Assembly (NCBI GenBank): GCA_035221665.1
Contig: CM069133.1
Location: 99,386,001 to 99,450,000, forward strand
DNA: 64,000 nucleotides
Source of the DNA: Okamejei kenojei
Taxonomy: Eukaryota
Direction of reading: 5' to 3'
Shown: positions 50,276 through 64,000 of the stretch, piece after piece
Position numbering within the stretch: the stretch's first letter is position 1
Layout: every line of letters begins with the position of its first letter
Position numbers and translations under genes: made by a program
Notes under the pieces: generated by a model
What the model was told of the DNA's origin: nothing
What the model saw: only the letters and a program-made list of their open reading frames with translations
Database searches by the model: none

Positions 50276-51016
50276 ATCATCACGTCTGAAGAAGGGTCTC
50301 GACCCGAAATGTCACCTATTCCTTCGCTCCATAGATGCTGCCTCACCCACTGAGTTTCTCCAGCATTTTTGCCTACCTTTGATTTTTCCAGCATCTGCAG
50401 TTCTTTCTTAAACATTATCAGGTCATATACTGCAAGGATTGAACTAACTAAATCCATTTCTGCAATTGGCCATCAGCATGCTTTACATCAAGAAGGCAGA
50501 TGTAAATTAAGCTCAGAATTTGCCATTATCTTGGGAACCTGTAAGAAGTTCAGTTTTGATCGACTGGACTATATGTGAAAGGCTCCTAAGACATATTGTA
50601 AGGGAAAAGCAGGTACTTACATATTGTGTAATTCTGGCCAGGGGAAAGGCTTGGCTTGAAATGTTAACCTCTATTTTTCTTTTGGTTGCTTTCCAAAAGA
50701 GATACTGTTAATTGGACATTGAACAAATTAAACAGTAGTTAGATATTTGGGGCCATGATCCTTTGTTCCTTGTGCTTTCTCTGCCATTCAAAGAGATTGG
50801 CATGGATTTATTATTATGGTGCTGTATACCAAGATACCATGTAAAATGTTGCTTTGCATGCTCTCCAGGCAGATTCTACAATATCTGTGTGCAACCACAC
50901 TTTCCATGATCACAACAGCAATAGAGAATGTGCAATCGCCCCTTCCATGATCATAACAACTACAGAGAAAGTGCAGATAAAAAAGTGCAAGTACTGTAAT
51001 GCCCCTGTCCCTCTAA

Positions 51017-51493
51017 TGCCCCTGTCCCACTTAGGAAATCTGAACGGAAACCTCTGGAGACTTTGCGCCCCACCCAAGGTTTCCATGTGGTTCCCGGAGG
51101 TTCCTGGAGGTTTTTGTCAGTCTCCCTATTGGTCGAAAGTGGTTTCCGCTTCTTCTAGGTTGCAGGTAGTGGAAGGTAAGACCTCCCTTGTGGAATAAAA
51201 CTGGGTGAAAAAAAGGTCTTACCTTCCACTACCTGCAACCTCCGGCAACCACCTTCAACTAGCATTGCAACTGGCTTTGACTAAAAAATTACCGATTTTT
51301 AAAACGGCAACCTATTTTTAGTCGTGGCCGGTTTTTAATTTTTTTAAATAATCGCCGGAACATAGAAGAAGCGGAAACCACTTCCGACCATTAGAAAGAC
51401 TTACAAAAACCTCCGGGAACCGCACGGAAACCTTGGGTGGGGCACAAAGTCTCCAGAGGTTTCCGTTCAGGTTTCCTAAGTGGGACACGGGCA
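51017..51493. mobile_element. PIF/Harbinger-type (Tourist-like) palindromic MITE
   Basis: Long TIRs starting TGCCCCTGTCCCACTTAGGAAA; TAA on both sides (51014-51016 and 51494-51496). Confidence 0.85.
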
Positions 51494-52387
51494 TAACAAG
51501 ATAAATTGGAAGACCAGGAATGCATCCTCAGCATATGAGAGGTCCATTCAAAAGTGTGATAAAAGCATGGAGGACATTGGTCTTAAATCTGTAGTATATG
51601 CTTTCACATAAACCTGATGAACCTTCCACACACTTCATCTATTGCAAGTGTATTCCCTCCTGGAGCAGGAGCCATACCTGCATACGATATCTCATGTGCA
51701 GAGTCACCATGTTGCTATATAATGGAGCAAGATATCTATTCTTGGACACAAATTTTCAAAGTGGCAACCTGTGCTTAAACAATCAAGGAAAATAGTCCAT
51801 TCTTTTTTTATTTAAAAAAAGTTATTCATTGCATCTGTAGGCCCAGTTATTGGATTGTTTCTCTTATTAAAACAATGCATTTTAAATGCAGGTACTCTGC
51901 ACACATAAAGCAGAAAGGTGACGTTGGTGTTATTTAAGATTTACAGATACTGAGCAGTTGCAATGCTGCAGGTGTTAACTGAAACCATAAGCTTTTATAA
52001 GAAGTAGCAGTTTATATTGTGAACCTATCTCACTTTTCATCTTTACTGAATTGCTTCTAGTTTTCAGCGTTAACAAGCTGCAACAAGCCTATTTGTACAG
52101 CGGCATTTAAACACGACTGCGTGAGCATAGTTCTCAAGAATTCATGGTGGGGCATTTTATTTATATTGTCAGGTGTGTTGAAAGTCACCCACTCAGTGTG
52201 ACACTGCCTACATTGTTCGTAGTTCTTAGAGATTTGCTTCTGTCAAATGTTTCAAGATTGTTTTTTTTTACCTCCCTTTCTTTCTTTAGTTTTGCTCTGG
52301 TCACCTGCTTAAGAAGTATGACAAACAAATGCAACAGGCGTTTTCTCTCTCTCCACATCTCCTTGTAGTCATGGCAAGGCTTCAACC

Positions 52388-52450
52388 ACCCCCCCCCCCC
52401 CCCCCCCCCACCCCCCCCCCCCCCCCCCACTCTCCTCCCCCTCCCCCCCA
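52388..52450. repeat. Poly-C tract (G-quadruplex potential on the minus strand)
   Basis: Long C runs. Confidence 0.85.
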
Positions 52451-54149
52451 CCTAGTAACATGGCCCTGTGACTAATATTGGAATTTAGCAAGAAGTCAGA
52501 TCCAGTTTCACAAGGAGATATTGTAATGCATGCAGTATCTCCTGTCAAGGTAGATGATGTATGACTAAGAAGAATGAATTGTTTTTCTTTTCTTATTCAA
52601 GGTTATCTTTCACTGTTGGTTTTGTGATGATGATAATAGGGATTATCATACAGCATGTAACAAGCCATTCTGCTTCATTGGCAGAGATAAACTACTATGT
52701 CAATATGCATGGTGGGAACAAATTACTTTTGATATTCTGTAGCAGTGTGTCTATTCCCTTTTCCCAGCCAGGCCACAATTATGTTTCAAGCTTCCTGTCT
52801 TTCAGTTGAGCAGGTCTGCAAAACAGAATCCAGTTTCTGCAGCAAATTGCTGGATGCATTTTAGATAAAACTCATAATTTGTTAGCCACAGGCAGGAAAT
52901 TTCGGACGGTATTTGAGATCACCATTTAACATCTAGAGAAACTGGAGAAAATCTATCACACCCAAAGTCCTATGCTGAAATCACCCTGGGAATTTTGAAT
53001 ATTGGCACCTTAGATGTGGTTTTAATATGTCGTTTTAATACCTTTTATCTAGTAGACAGTGAGTTTAGTTTGCCCTATTCCACTAGAAGCATGAAGTCAT
53101 GCATTGAGTCATAGTATCACGCGTTTAGTGACACGTATAACTATTCATATTTAATATTTGCAAAATATCAACATATCAAACAAGTAAAAATTGGTTTGTT
53201 TCAGGCTCCATTTTGGAGGGGCATTGATTGCAACATGTCTTGATATAATGATTCCAAATTACTGAAATTGGTGTGTGCCCATGACAGAGTATTCAGAATT
53301 GACCATAGATACAGGTAAAGATTGCATGAATTATTGTTCGTCACTTGTATATCTAGTCTACAGTGTTGTGTGTATAGAGCTGGTTAATTAGACCAATCTA
53401 AGTTCAATTGCCTTCCACACAGGTGACAGAGGTGTAAGGATGCAGTAGCAGCAGAATTATTGATTTTTGAGATTCTCTTTCCCTCTTTACTTCCCCCATT
53501 CTAATTTACTCATATGAGTGCGCACTGCTTTTCATGTTTGCACTAAATTTTCTTCCCTTTATCCTTTACACTGTGGATGGCTTGATTGTAATTATGTATA
53601 ATCTTTTTGCTGGCTGGATAGCACGCAACAAAAAAGCTTTTTATTGCACCTTGTTACACGTGACAATAATAAACTAAACATAAACTTAAAGCTTAAACTT
53701 GGGGGTACACAAAATTGGACAATCCAACGCATGTTGCTCCCAATGGTGAGTGGCAATGCAGAAACTCTTCAGGGATAGCACAAATAATTTATTCATGACT
53801 CCATTACAGATGCCATGTTGAGACTTGTCTGTTGAACAAATTACCTAGTCAAGTATTTTCAGGAAGGCCTGGCAGATTTCATTTATTACTAAGTGTTGTT
53901 TCACATCTTATAAGATTTATTGAATTAAATGTCACAACTTGCTTTGGTGAGTGTAAATCTTCTCTTTTTGGCCTTTTACTCCAGAATGAGAAAAAAAGTG
54001 AAGATGAAATCTGACTGTCCTGTAAGCATAGTTCCATGGCAGTCACACTAACCTAACCTAGCATGCATTTAATTCCTCTTGTACACTGTTCAATTGATTA
54101 TTTATTGTAGCACCACCCTTAATAGGATATTTTTATGCATTATTAATTG

Positions 54150-54745
54150 ATTGATTGATTGAACTGATTGAAAGACACCACATGGAAACAGGCTCTTCGA
54201 TCCACCGTGCCAACCTGTTCACACTACTTCGATGTTATCCCACTTCTGTGTACACTCCCTGCACACGAAGGGCAATTTACAGTGGCAAATTGACCTACAA
54301 ACCCGCACGTCTTTATAGCCCTGTCCCACTGTACAAGTTCATTCAAAGAGTTCTCCCGAGTTTGCCCTGATTCAAACTTGGAGATTTACGGTAATGGCCG
54401 CTCGTCGGTAATCGGAGCTCTCATGGACATTTTTCAACATGTTGAAAAATCTTCACGAGTCTTCCCGAGCTTACCGCGTTTCTCGAGTACCTGCCGTTAG
54501 CTGTACGAGCCGCTAAGAGACGTCCCTGAGCTCCGACGTACCCGCTACGTTCATTCTCCGTGCTTACCACGAGTTTGATTTTTTTTTAAACTTGGGAAAG
54601 CACTTGAATGAACTCGTATAGTGGGACAGGGCCATTAGGATGAGGGAGGAAACCATAATACCCGGAGGAAATCTGCGTGGGCACAGGGAGAACATGCAAA
54701 GTCCACACTGATAGCATCTGAGGTCATGATCAAACCTGGGTCTCT
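54150..54745 (-). mobile_element. HE1-like SINE split by a MITE
   Basis: SINE sequence ...CCCGCACGTCT|GGATGAGGGAGGAAACC resumes after the MITE. Confidence 0.72.
54316..54634. mobile_element. PIF/Harbinger-type MITE
   Basis: TIR T(A/G)GCCCTGTCCCACT; TTA TSD at 54313-54315 and 54635-54637. Confidence 0.85.
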
Positions 54746-56344
54746 GAATTATTTGCTTGCTTATTTGAGAGGAAAATGCTTACAGTTTTAAAAATCAGTT
54801 ACCACCAGGTAAGTTTTCTTATTTTGTTTTGCTTGGTGCCAAAGCAGAATACTGTCTAGATCATGAAGGCATGCTTTGACACTTTTAAAGTTATGCAAAC
54901 TGACCCTCACATGAATAATCTAAGGTATGTATGGTCAAGTATTCGATGAAAGAAGGATGGAAACGTCTTAAAAACATTATAGTTTCCAGCACCAATATAT
55001 TCATTATAAAACAGTTTGACAAACAAGTGCCCTTGCTTTGCTTAGTCTCAAAGATATAGATGGCATTAGTCAAAAAAAAGTCCCAAAGTTTAAACATTTG
55101 TTTTAATATTGCAATAATGAAGCATGATTTTCTAACAATTATACTTCCATTCCTAACCTAAGTATTAAATAAACAAATATTGTCAAGTGGTAACATGCCC
55201 CCATATTTGATTATCATGGTTATGATTTTAGCTATTAATTAGATTGTCAGATTTATATCAGTCCAGGCAATAAGATTAAAAGTGGAAAATGTGAAAGGCA
55301 CACCCAGCAGCACAGGCAGCTTCTGTGCTTCAAAAGAGAAACATAGCTAAAGTTTAAGATTGTGAATTTTTGTCAGAACGGGGAAATAAAAATATATATA
55401 TATAGATCTTACGTTACAGAGACTGAAGGGGAGGAATGGATAGGATAAAGGAAATATCGCAGATAGAATGATAGCTAAGGTTGCTGGTGAGTTCATTGTT
55501 TACAGGGTGTTTGACAGATTAATTAGGGTAGTTAGTGAGAGAAAATTAACTAACAAAGTGGCATGTAAAATCTGTGAAATTAGTTAGTGTTCACGTCTGA
55601 AATCAAAAGCTGAATGACGAAGATAGCCAAAAGGCCAGGCAGTGTCTATGGAGAGAGGAAAGTTGAGTTAACCGCACAGAGAGGTAAACTTCGGCTGAAG
55701 TGGCTAGTCCTGATACAAGCAGCAAAAGCAAGTTCCCTCAAATTAACCTGATATTTAGGCTTGAAACATTAACTCCGGTTTCTCTTTCCACAGACGCTGC
55801 CTGACCTGTGTAGAGCATCCAACAATGTAAATGATGCATGGGAGATTAGTCTTTCTTCACACACAACTAAACGCACAACACAAAACTGCGCAACTCAGCA
55901 GGTCAGGCAGCATCCTCAGAGCACAATGCAAAGAATTATATTGGGTGGGCATCGAGACTGGAGGGGATGAGATGCATATCACTCACTGTACCTCCTCCGC
56001 TGGTTTCACAGTTCATTTCCCATCTTTTTTTCTTTTTGAATTCCATCATCTGTAGCTCTTTGTCTTCTCCACTCATCACCTCCATCCTTTGTAAATTCTC
56101 CACCCTTTATTTCCGTCACCTGATTCATCCATCAATTAACCCTTTTTTACCTGCATCCGCGCATCACTTTCCTCTCTCTACCAGGTATCTCCTCTATAAT
56201 CTAGTCTTGAGAAGGCGTTGTGGGGAGGACCACTGTCTAGGGTCCTTCTGCTGCTAGACATATTGGGGCAGAATCCGTTGGGGACTTCCCTCAAACAAGG
56301 GAAGGGATATTATCCCAGGGGACCAAATAAATAGCAAGGATAGT

Positions 56345-59300
56345 TTAAACATAAAAACAAAGAAAATAGGTGCGGGAGGAGGCCATTTGGCCCTTCGAGC
56401 CTACACCGACATTCATTGTGATCATGGCTGATCATCCACAATCAGTAACCCGTGTCTCCCTTCTCCCCATATCCCTTGATTCCGCTAGCCTCTAGAGCTC
56501 TATCTAAACTCTCTTTTAAATTAATCCAGTGAATTGGCCTCTACTATCTTCTGTGGCAGAGAATTCCACAAATTCACAACTCTCTGAGTGAAAACGATTT
56601 TCACATCTTAGTTTTAAATGGCCTCCCCTTTATTCTTGGACTGCAGTCCCTGGTTGTGATCTCCCCCATCATTGGGAACATTTTTCCTGCATCTAGCTTG
56701 CCCAGTCCTTTTATAATTTTATACATTTCTATAAGATCCCCTCTCATCCTTCTAAATTACAGTGAATACAAGCCCACTCTTTTCAATCTTTCCTCATGTG
56801 ACAGTCCTGCCATCCCGGGGATTAACCTCGTGAACCTACGCTGCACTGCCTCAATAGCAAGGATGTCCTTCCTCAAATTATGAGACGAAAACTGCACACA
56901 ATACTCCAGATGTGGTCTCATCAGGACCCTATACAACTGCAGAAGGACCTCTTCACTCCTATACCCAAATCCTCTTGTTATGAAGGCCAACATGCCATTC
57001 GATTTTTTCACTGCCTGCAGTACCTGCATGTTTACTTTCAGTGAGTGTACAAGGACACCCAGGTCTCGTTGCACTTCCTTTTTTCCTAATCTGACACCAT
57101 TGAGATAATAATCTGCCTCTTGTTCTTGCAGCCAAAGTTGATAACCTCACATTTATCTACATTATACTGCATCTGCCACGCATCTGCCCACTCACTCAAC
57201 CTGTCCAAGTCACCCTGCAACCTCCTAGCATCCTCTTTACAGCATTGCCACCCAGCTTTGTGTCATCTGCAAATTTGCTTGTGTTGCTTTTAATCCCATC
57301 ATCTAAATCAGGGGTCGGCAACTTTGTTCTGCATAGGGCCGTGATGCATGTCTGTGAGCGTATGGCGGGCCACATCTATCACTTGTACACATGGTTCCCA
57401 CCCCCAACTCCCCCCGGATGGCAAGCATCAAATCACGTGTTCACAGAAGGTAGACAAAAATGCTAGAGAAACTCGGTGGGTGAGGCAGCCTCATGCAATC
57501 CTTGCATGTCTCACCCACTGAGTATCTCCAACATTTTTGTCTACCATCGATTTTTCCAGCAGCTGCAGTTCTTTCTTAAACGTGTTCACAGAAGGTGCAT
57601 GGTCGTGCCAGCGGCTTTGCGCTGGATGCGATACAGCCAGAGCTCGGCGCTCTGGTGGTGCGCTCGTTCGGGGCACTCGGCGGACTGGATGACTACGGGA
57701 AAAAAAGTCTGCCTGCGGGCCGGATGGTTTCGGGTTATGGGCCGCATTCGGCCCATGGGGTGTAGGATGCCAACCCCCGAACTAAATAATTAATATATAT
57801 TGTAAAGAGTTGCGGCCCCAGCATCGAGCCTTGCGGCACTCCACTCGCCATTGCCTGCCATTCTGACAGGGACCCGTTTCTTCCTACTCTTTGTTTCCTG
57901 TCTGCCAACCAATTCACTATGCATGTCAATACCCTACCCCCAATACCATGTGCTGTAATTTTGCCCACTAATCTCCAGTGTGGGACCTTATCAAAGGCTT
58001 TCTGAAAGTCTGGATACACTACATCCACTGGCTCTCCTACATCCATTTTACTTGTCACATCCTCATAAAATGCCAGAAGATTAGTCAAGCAGGATTTCCC
58101 CTTCATAAATCCATGCCGACTTGGACCAGTCCTTTAACTGCTATCCAAATGTGCCGTTATTACTTCTCTAATGATGGACTCCACCATTTTCCCCACCACC
58201 GGTCAGTCTGGTCTGTAATTCCCCGTTTTCTCTCTCGCTCCTTTCTTGAAAAGTAGGATAACATTAGCTACCCTCCAATCCACAGGAACTGATCCTGAAT
58301 CTATAGAACATTGGAAAATTATCACCAATGCATCCACGATTTCTAGAGCCACCTCCTTGAGTACCCTAGGATGTAGACCATCAGGCCCTGGGGATTTATC
58401 AGCCTTCAGTCCATCAGTCTACCCAATACTATTTCTCGCTTAATGCAAATTTCTTTCAGTTCCCCTGTCTCCCTAGTTCCTCTAGTACATCTGGGAATTT
58501 ATTTGTGTCTTCCTTAATGAAGCAGAACCAAAGTACCTGTTCAACTCTCCTGCCATTTCCTTGTTCCCCATAATAATTTCACCTGTTTCTGCCTTCAAGG
58601 GACTCACATTTGTCTATACTAATCTTTTTCTCTTAACATATCTAAAGGAGCTTTTACTATCCTTCTTTATATTCTTGGCAAACTTACCTTCGTACTTCAT
58701 CTTTTCAACCCGTGTTGCCCTTTTTGTTACCTTCTGATGTCCTTTGAAAGTTTCCCAATCCTCTGACGTCCCATTACTCTTTGCTATGTTATACACCATT
58801 TATTTTAGTTTTATACCGTCACTAATTTCTCTTGTTAGCCATGGTTGCCTCTTACTCCCCCTAGAATCTTTATTCCTCTTTGGAATGAAATGACCCTGCA
58901 TCTTCTGGATTATGCCCAGAAATTCCTGCCATTGGTGTTCCACCGTCATTCCTGCTAGGATCCTTTTTCAGTCGACCTTGCCAGCTCCTCTCTCATGCCT
59001 TCATAGTCCCCTTTGTTCAACTGCAACACTAACACTTCTGATTTAACCTTCTCCCTCTCAAATAGAAGATTAAAACGTATCATATTATGGTCACTACCTG
59101 TATGGGGGTGCTTTGCATTTTTAATAGTTAATGATTGGGTCTTTTTAAGTATTTATTGCTTTCATGTATTGTCCATATTGTATTTTATGTATTTTTTGTC
59201 TGCTTTCGTTCTGAATGTGTGGGTTTGTTGGCTGTTGGCTTCTGGACATCTGAATTTCCCTGAGGGGATCAATAAAGTATTTATTATTATTATTATCACT

Positions 59301-59890
59301 ATTATTACCTCCTTTACCTTGAGTTCCCTTATAAAATCTGGTTAATTAGACAACACTAAATCCAGAATTGCCTTCTCCCTGGTAGGCTCCAATACAAGCT
59401 GCTCGAAGAATCCATCTTGGAAGCACTCTACAAACTCCCTTTCTTGGGGTTCAAAACCAACCAGATTTTCCCAGTCTACCTGCATATTGAAAACTCCCAT
59501 AACCACAGTGGCCTTACCTTTGTTACATGCCAATTTAAATTCCTGCTGCAATTTTCACACTATATCCAGTCTACTGTTTTGGGGCCCGTAGATAACTCCC
59601 ATTAGTGTCTTCTTATCTTTACAATTCCTCAATTCTATCCACAGCGACTCTACATCGTCTGTCCCCATGTCACCCCTCGCAAGGGACTGAATCTCATCCC
59701 TCACCAACAGAGCTATCCCACCTCCTCTGCCCACCTGCCTGTCATTTCTATGGGACGTATAATCCTGAATATTCAGTTCCCAGTCCCGATCCTCCTGCAG
59801 CCATATCTCTGTAACCCCCACGATGTCATAACTACCAATCTCTAACTGAGCCTCATCCACTTTACCTCTTACTACGTCGTGCATTTGTAT
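56345..59890 (-). mobile_element. Long CR1 LINE (APE endonuclease to 3' tail), disrupted, with nested inserts
   Basis: YDIVGVTEIWL, GRGGGIALLV, VESLWIEL, PTREKAILDLVL (endonuclease); RT motifs; RPHLEYCVQF. A foreign tail insert lies at ~59100-59310. Confidence 0.93.
57309..57779. mobile_element. hAT-Charlie-like MITE nested in CR1
   Basis: TIRs CAGGGGTCGGCAAC and reverse-complement CGGGGGTTGGCATC; 8-bp TSD ATCTAAAT / AACTAAAT (57301-57308 and 57780-57787). Confidence 0.85.
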
Positions 59891-60689
59891 ATAATACGTT
59901 TAATCCATTACTCACCTCACCTTTCACATTGATTCAAATTTCACTAGGTCATACTCTCCTATCCCTTTCTGAGCTTTCTGCCCCATTTATTTTAGTGTCT
60001 TTCTTAACTTTTCCTATACTCTCATTCCCTTTAACTCCATCCTTGTATTTCCAATTTGTCTCCCCCCCCCCCCACCACTATTTAATTTAAAGAACTGTGA
60101 CACTACTGAATGTATCGACACTGAGTATGTATGATGAGTTTTTTCCACGATTTTTGTTTTGTATATATTTTTTATGCTGAATAAATTTTATTTATTGTGT
60201 TTTAAAATAAAATCCTCCTACTGATGCAGCATGATTGCTGTGACTCTCCAGCAATTTGGGTTTTTTTCCGCTCAGGATTCCAGCATCTGCAATGCCTTGA
60301 GTCTCCATTTAACAGAGAACAAAGGCACTTCATGAAAACAGGACTAGCCAAAAATTGAAGATAGGCTGCACTACAAAATCTTTGTAAAATAATTCAAATG
60401 CTTGGCCAGAGAGACAGGTCTTAAAGGAGGAAAGTTTGCCAAAAAAGCAGCAGAGAACATTGTAGTGGCTGGAGAGATGGGTATATTTTAAGAATTAAAA
60501 GTCTTGGTAGCTGAAGATGTGGTGTCATTAGCAATGAGACTTAATGGGCATGCACAAGGCCAACACAATACAATAGTAGGAGCAAAGTGGCACTAATGGT
60601 AAATGGCTTCCGAAAATACATATCTTTATTCTTTGGTCTTCTGTGGCCTTCCAGCCTATGCACTGTGATTTAGAACCTAGAACCTAGAA

Positions 60690-61440
60690 ATGCCACTAAT
60701 GTATCTGCTTCAACCATCACCCTCCGCAGTGCATTCCAGGCACTCACTGCCCTCAGTGTTAAAAAACCTATCCCGCACATCTCCTTTTAATTTTGCCCCT
60801 CACTGCTCAAAAACCTATGGCTTCTAGGAAATGTCAAATACTTTGATACTCATTTGTTTGAAACAGACTGTCAAGAAAATAATGCAACTTAATACTTGAT
60901 ATTGTGTGCGTCTGCCCCTTGATGTGGCTGCATCATAAAAGTTGTAGTGTCACAAGATGCCCTTCTCAAATTACTGCGGGATTGTCATGGAGGGTACACA
61001 TTGTAATACAGAGTTATGGAGTCACAGATGCTTTGGCCCAACTCATCCAAGGTGATTATCCATGATAGTATCATTTGCCTGTTTTTGGCTCCTAAACTTC
61101 CCTGTCCATGTACCTGCCGAAATGTTAGGTTTTAACATTTTAAACATTGTACTTGTATCTGCCTCTACCATCTCTTATAGCAACTCATTCCATATACCTT
61201 ACACCCTCTCTATGAAAAACGTGCCCCTCAGGTTCCTGCTAAACCGCTGATCTTAAACCCATGTCCTCTATTGTTAAACTCCCCTACCCTGGGGAGGAAA
61301 GTGTGGCTATCTACCCCATCTATGCCTTTGATAAATGTATAAACCTTTTTTAGGTAATTTCTCAGTCTCCTTTGCTCCATTGAAAGCAGTCCCAACCTAT
61401 CCAATTACCCCTTGTACTACAAACCTTACAGTCCCAGCAA
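60690..61440 (-). mobile_element. Old CR1 3' fragments (~60690-60830 and ~61010-61440)
   Basis: Degenerate CR1 3' similarity. Confidence 0.55.
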
Positions 61441-61799
61441 CATTAAAGTCGGAGCCAAATTAAATTAGTTTTAATTAGTTCGAGCAGTGGCAAGATTGGT
61501 TTGACATTTAGGCTTCATACCCCATCTGATTTCAGATGGGAACATGGCTATTGGTGACAACCAACCTGGTCTTGTTAAATTCAGATTACCTTATAATTGT
61601 GAACAACTTACTTATTGTGAATGTGAGCATGGGCGGACACAGTTATATATTTCTCTTTGCAAGAATTACTCAAATTGAACTTTTATATGAGTGGCTCATG
61701 CTTAAAATGACCATGGGTACAAACTACCTGCATTGGGCAAAAGATAAATTTGAGTATTAGGTCATATTATGCGCATAGCAGTATATATTATAGCAGTAG

Positions 61800-62020
61800 A
61801 ACGCCACAGGAGATCCTTCTTCCCTGTGGCTATGAAACTGTACAACTCCTCCCACTTCTGTCATGGGGCAGATTGAGACTGAGACTGACTCCCCACCCCC
61901 CCAATCTTCGCACATCTCCAATCCTTTCCACTCAGCACTAATTTAGTTTTGTGTATTTTGTGCTTATGACTATTGGCAAATCAATTTCCCTTCTGGGATA
62001 AATAAAGTTCTATCGTATCG
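61800..62020 (+). mobile_element. Rex/L2-like LINE 3' tail
   Basis: Ends in AATTTCCCTTCTGGGATAAATAAAGTT plus a short repeat; related to the insert at 59250-59300. Confidence 0.55.
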
Positions 62021-62691
62021 TCTCATATTTTAATAAAAAGGCTTGATGATTTAACTCTGTGAGAGGATGGGGAAGATTCCAAGAAACATAAGAGAGGTAA
62101 AGACAAACTCTGTGGAACTACTTAGTTCTGGTAAATTTTTGCTTACTGAGTGTGAAATGAAACTTAAAATCATAGCTGGCAGGATAGGACAAAAAATGAG
62201 AGAGTGTTGGCCTGTCCACTCAACACTGAGAAATGAAATGCCCACTGTTGTTTTCCTTGCAATATATTGAATGTCATGTAATTACCTTTAAAGAACTGGG
62301 GATTACAGGAGAAGAGAGAATGTGGTGCTGAATTTCTGTTTTTACTTTCAAAGCAAGAAACAGAGGTTTGTATTTTGCTGATATTTCTGTTTACTTTGTG
62401 TTCAGTTACATATACTGTGCACCATGGATAAAGTGAACAAGCTGCATCTGCTGACAGATCACAAGATCTATTCACTTTTTGTCTGCCCTGTCTGTGCCCA
62501 TTTTGCTTTGTAGCAAAATAAATAAAAACTAATTATTTTATTGTATCATTACTTACACTTAACCACAGAGTGGTTAAACGATCTATAATTGAAGTTCCTG
62601 ATTTAATATTATAAATGTTAATTACCATACATATTCCATGCCTTTATGTATAAAATATGTCAACACCACTTAACTTAGATATATGATCAGT

Positions 62692-63050
62692 TAGAAACAT
62701 AGATACATAGACAATAGGTGTAAGAGTAGGCCATTCGGCCCTTCAAGCCAGCACCGCCATTCAATGTGATCATGGCTGATCACACACAATTTGTACCCCG
62801 TTCCTGCCTTCTCCCCATATCCTTGGATTCCGCTAGCCCTAAGAGCTCTATCTTTGAATGCATCCAGTGAATCGGCCTCCACTGCCTTCTGAGGCAGAGA
62901 ATTCTACAAATTCACAGCTCTCCGTGAAAAAGATTTTCCTCATCTCAGTTCTAAATGGCCTATCCCTTATTCTTAAACTGTGGCCCCTGGTTCTGGATTC
63001 CACCAACATCGGGAACATGTTTCCTGCATCTAGCGTGTCCGATCCCTTAA
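62692..63050 (-). mobile_element. Young CR1 3' end
   Basis: ESRTRGHSLRIRDRPFRTEMRK and an (AGAAACAT)-type tail; closely similar to 40650-40996. Confidence 0.9.
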
Positions 63051-64000
63051 TAGGTTCAAGGTTCACATTTATTTGTCACATGCACCAATTAAGGTACATT
63101 GAAATTAGTTACCAAGCAGCCATACAATTAAAAAAGTTGTAACAGTGCTGTACCTGCATGGAAACTCACTTCAACTCATGGAAGTGCATGGAAACCCACT
63201 TCAATTCCCCATCCTAAGTTCAATGAACATATTTACTTGCTTGCTTTTCTTTCATTGCACATAAATAGTCATGCTTAATATTTCTATCATAATTCTGACC
63301 ATTAATATTCCTGGGGTCTGCAATAGTATAAAAAATTCTTCCATAGTGTAAAAAAGTAATTTACATTGTTTAATGAATATTGTTTTTGTCAGCAGGAGAA
63401 CGTAATCTGACATTTTGCATCTTGGTTTTTGGAGAATATTCATGATCATCTGTTTTATGCCAGGAAATATAACATTTCAGTTATGAGGACATTCTGGATA
63501 GGATGTTTTGTTTCCCTTGGAGTGATTAAGGTAGAGAGAGGAGCTTGTAGAGGTGTACAAACTATGAGAAGCATAGGTAGGCCAGATGGTGGGAAACATT
63601 TCCACATAACAGAGGCCAAAAACTTGAAGCCGTATGTTTTAAGATGAGGACTAAGGGTTAGAGGGAATCTAATGGAGATTTGTTTTAATCGTACTCTGAT
63701 CCATACAGGGACCTCCCTGTTGTTACTAGTGCCTGGTTGGGTTTGGATAGGTCATTGGCACCATTGTGCATAAAGAACATGCCTTAATCTGGCACTGATC
63801 TTCGTCAGCCTATTCAGATCCTCCTGACTCTTTAGCAGTAGCCTTTCACCTTTATACCCCCTCCGATCTTTGCAGCCATTTAGTTGCATAACTACTGGCA
63901 GCTGAAAGAGTATTGCTTGCAGTTTGATGTGTTCCTTTAAGAGTTGGCTTCAGGGGTCCCAGCTGCAGTGCTAAATGGCCAGAAGTTGCGAGAACGTGGG

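Noticed and set aside
63156-63205. Small tandem duplications (also at ~21193-21285, 27698-27741, 30267-30303 and 33474-33505)
   Set aside because: These are ordinary slippage duplications with no further structure.

Overview
This window is eukaryotic, repeat-rich, AT-rich DNA. The repeat families (CR1 LINEs, HE1/V-SINE-like SINEs, Rex-Babar, RTE, Penelope-derived repeats) point to a cartilaginous fish, probably a skate or ray; this is inference from repeat content only. I found no recognisable host exon, RNA gene or prokaryotic feature, so it is probably an intron or intergenic region. The largest feature is a full-length but inactivated DIRS1 tyrosine-recombinase retrotransposon (36633-42331) with gag-like, RT/RNaseH/methyltransferase-like and YR remnants, ITRs and an ICR. 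A CR1 is nested in its YR gene, and the 5' end of a second DIRS copy lies at 1-336. There is also a Gypsy integrase plus 3' LTR, several hAT and Harbinger-type non-autonomous elements with readable TSDs, and many LINE/SINE fragments. The most interesting structures are: Penelope-derived short repeats carrying minimal hammerhead-ribozyme cores; a U1-like ACTTACCTG in the DIRS ICR complementary to a splice donor conserved in both DIRS leaders; a tandem array of p53-type half-sites next to a hAT remnant; and two micro-scale template-switch rearrangements. Family names come from remembered motifs, not database searches. Boundaries of old fragments are approximate.
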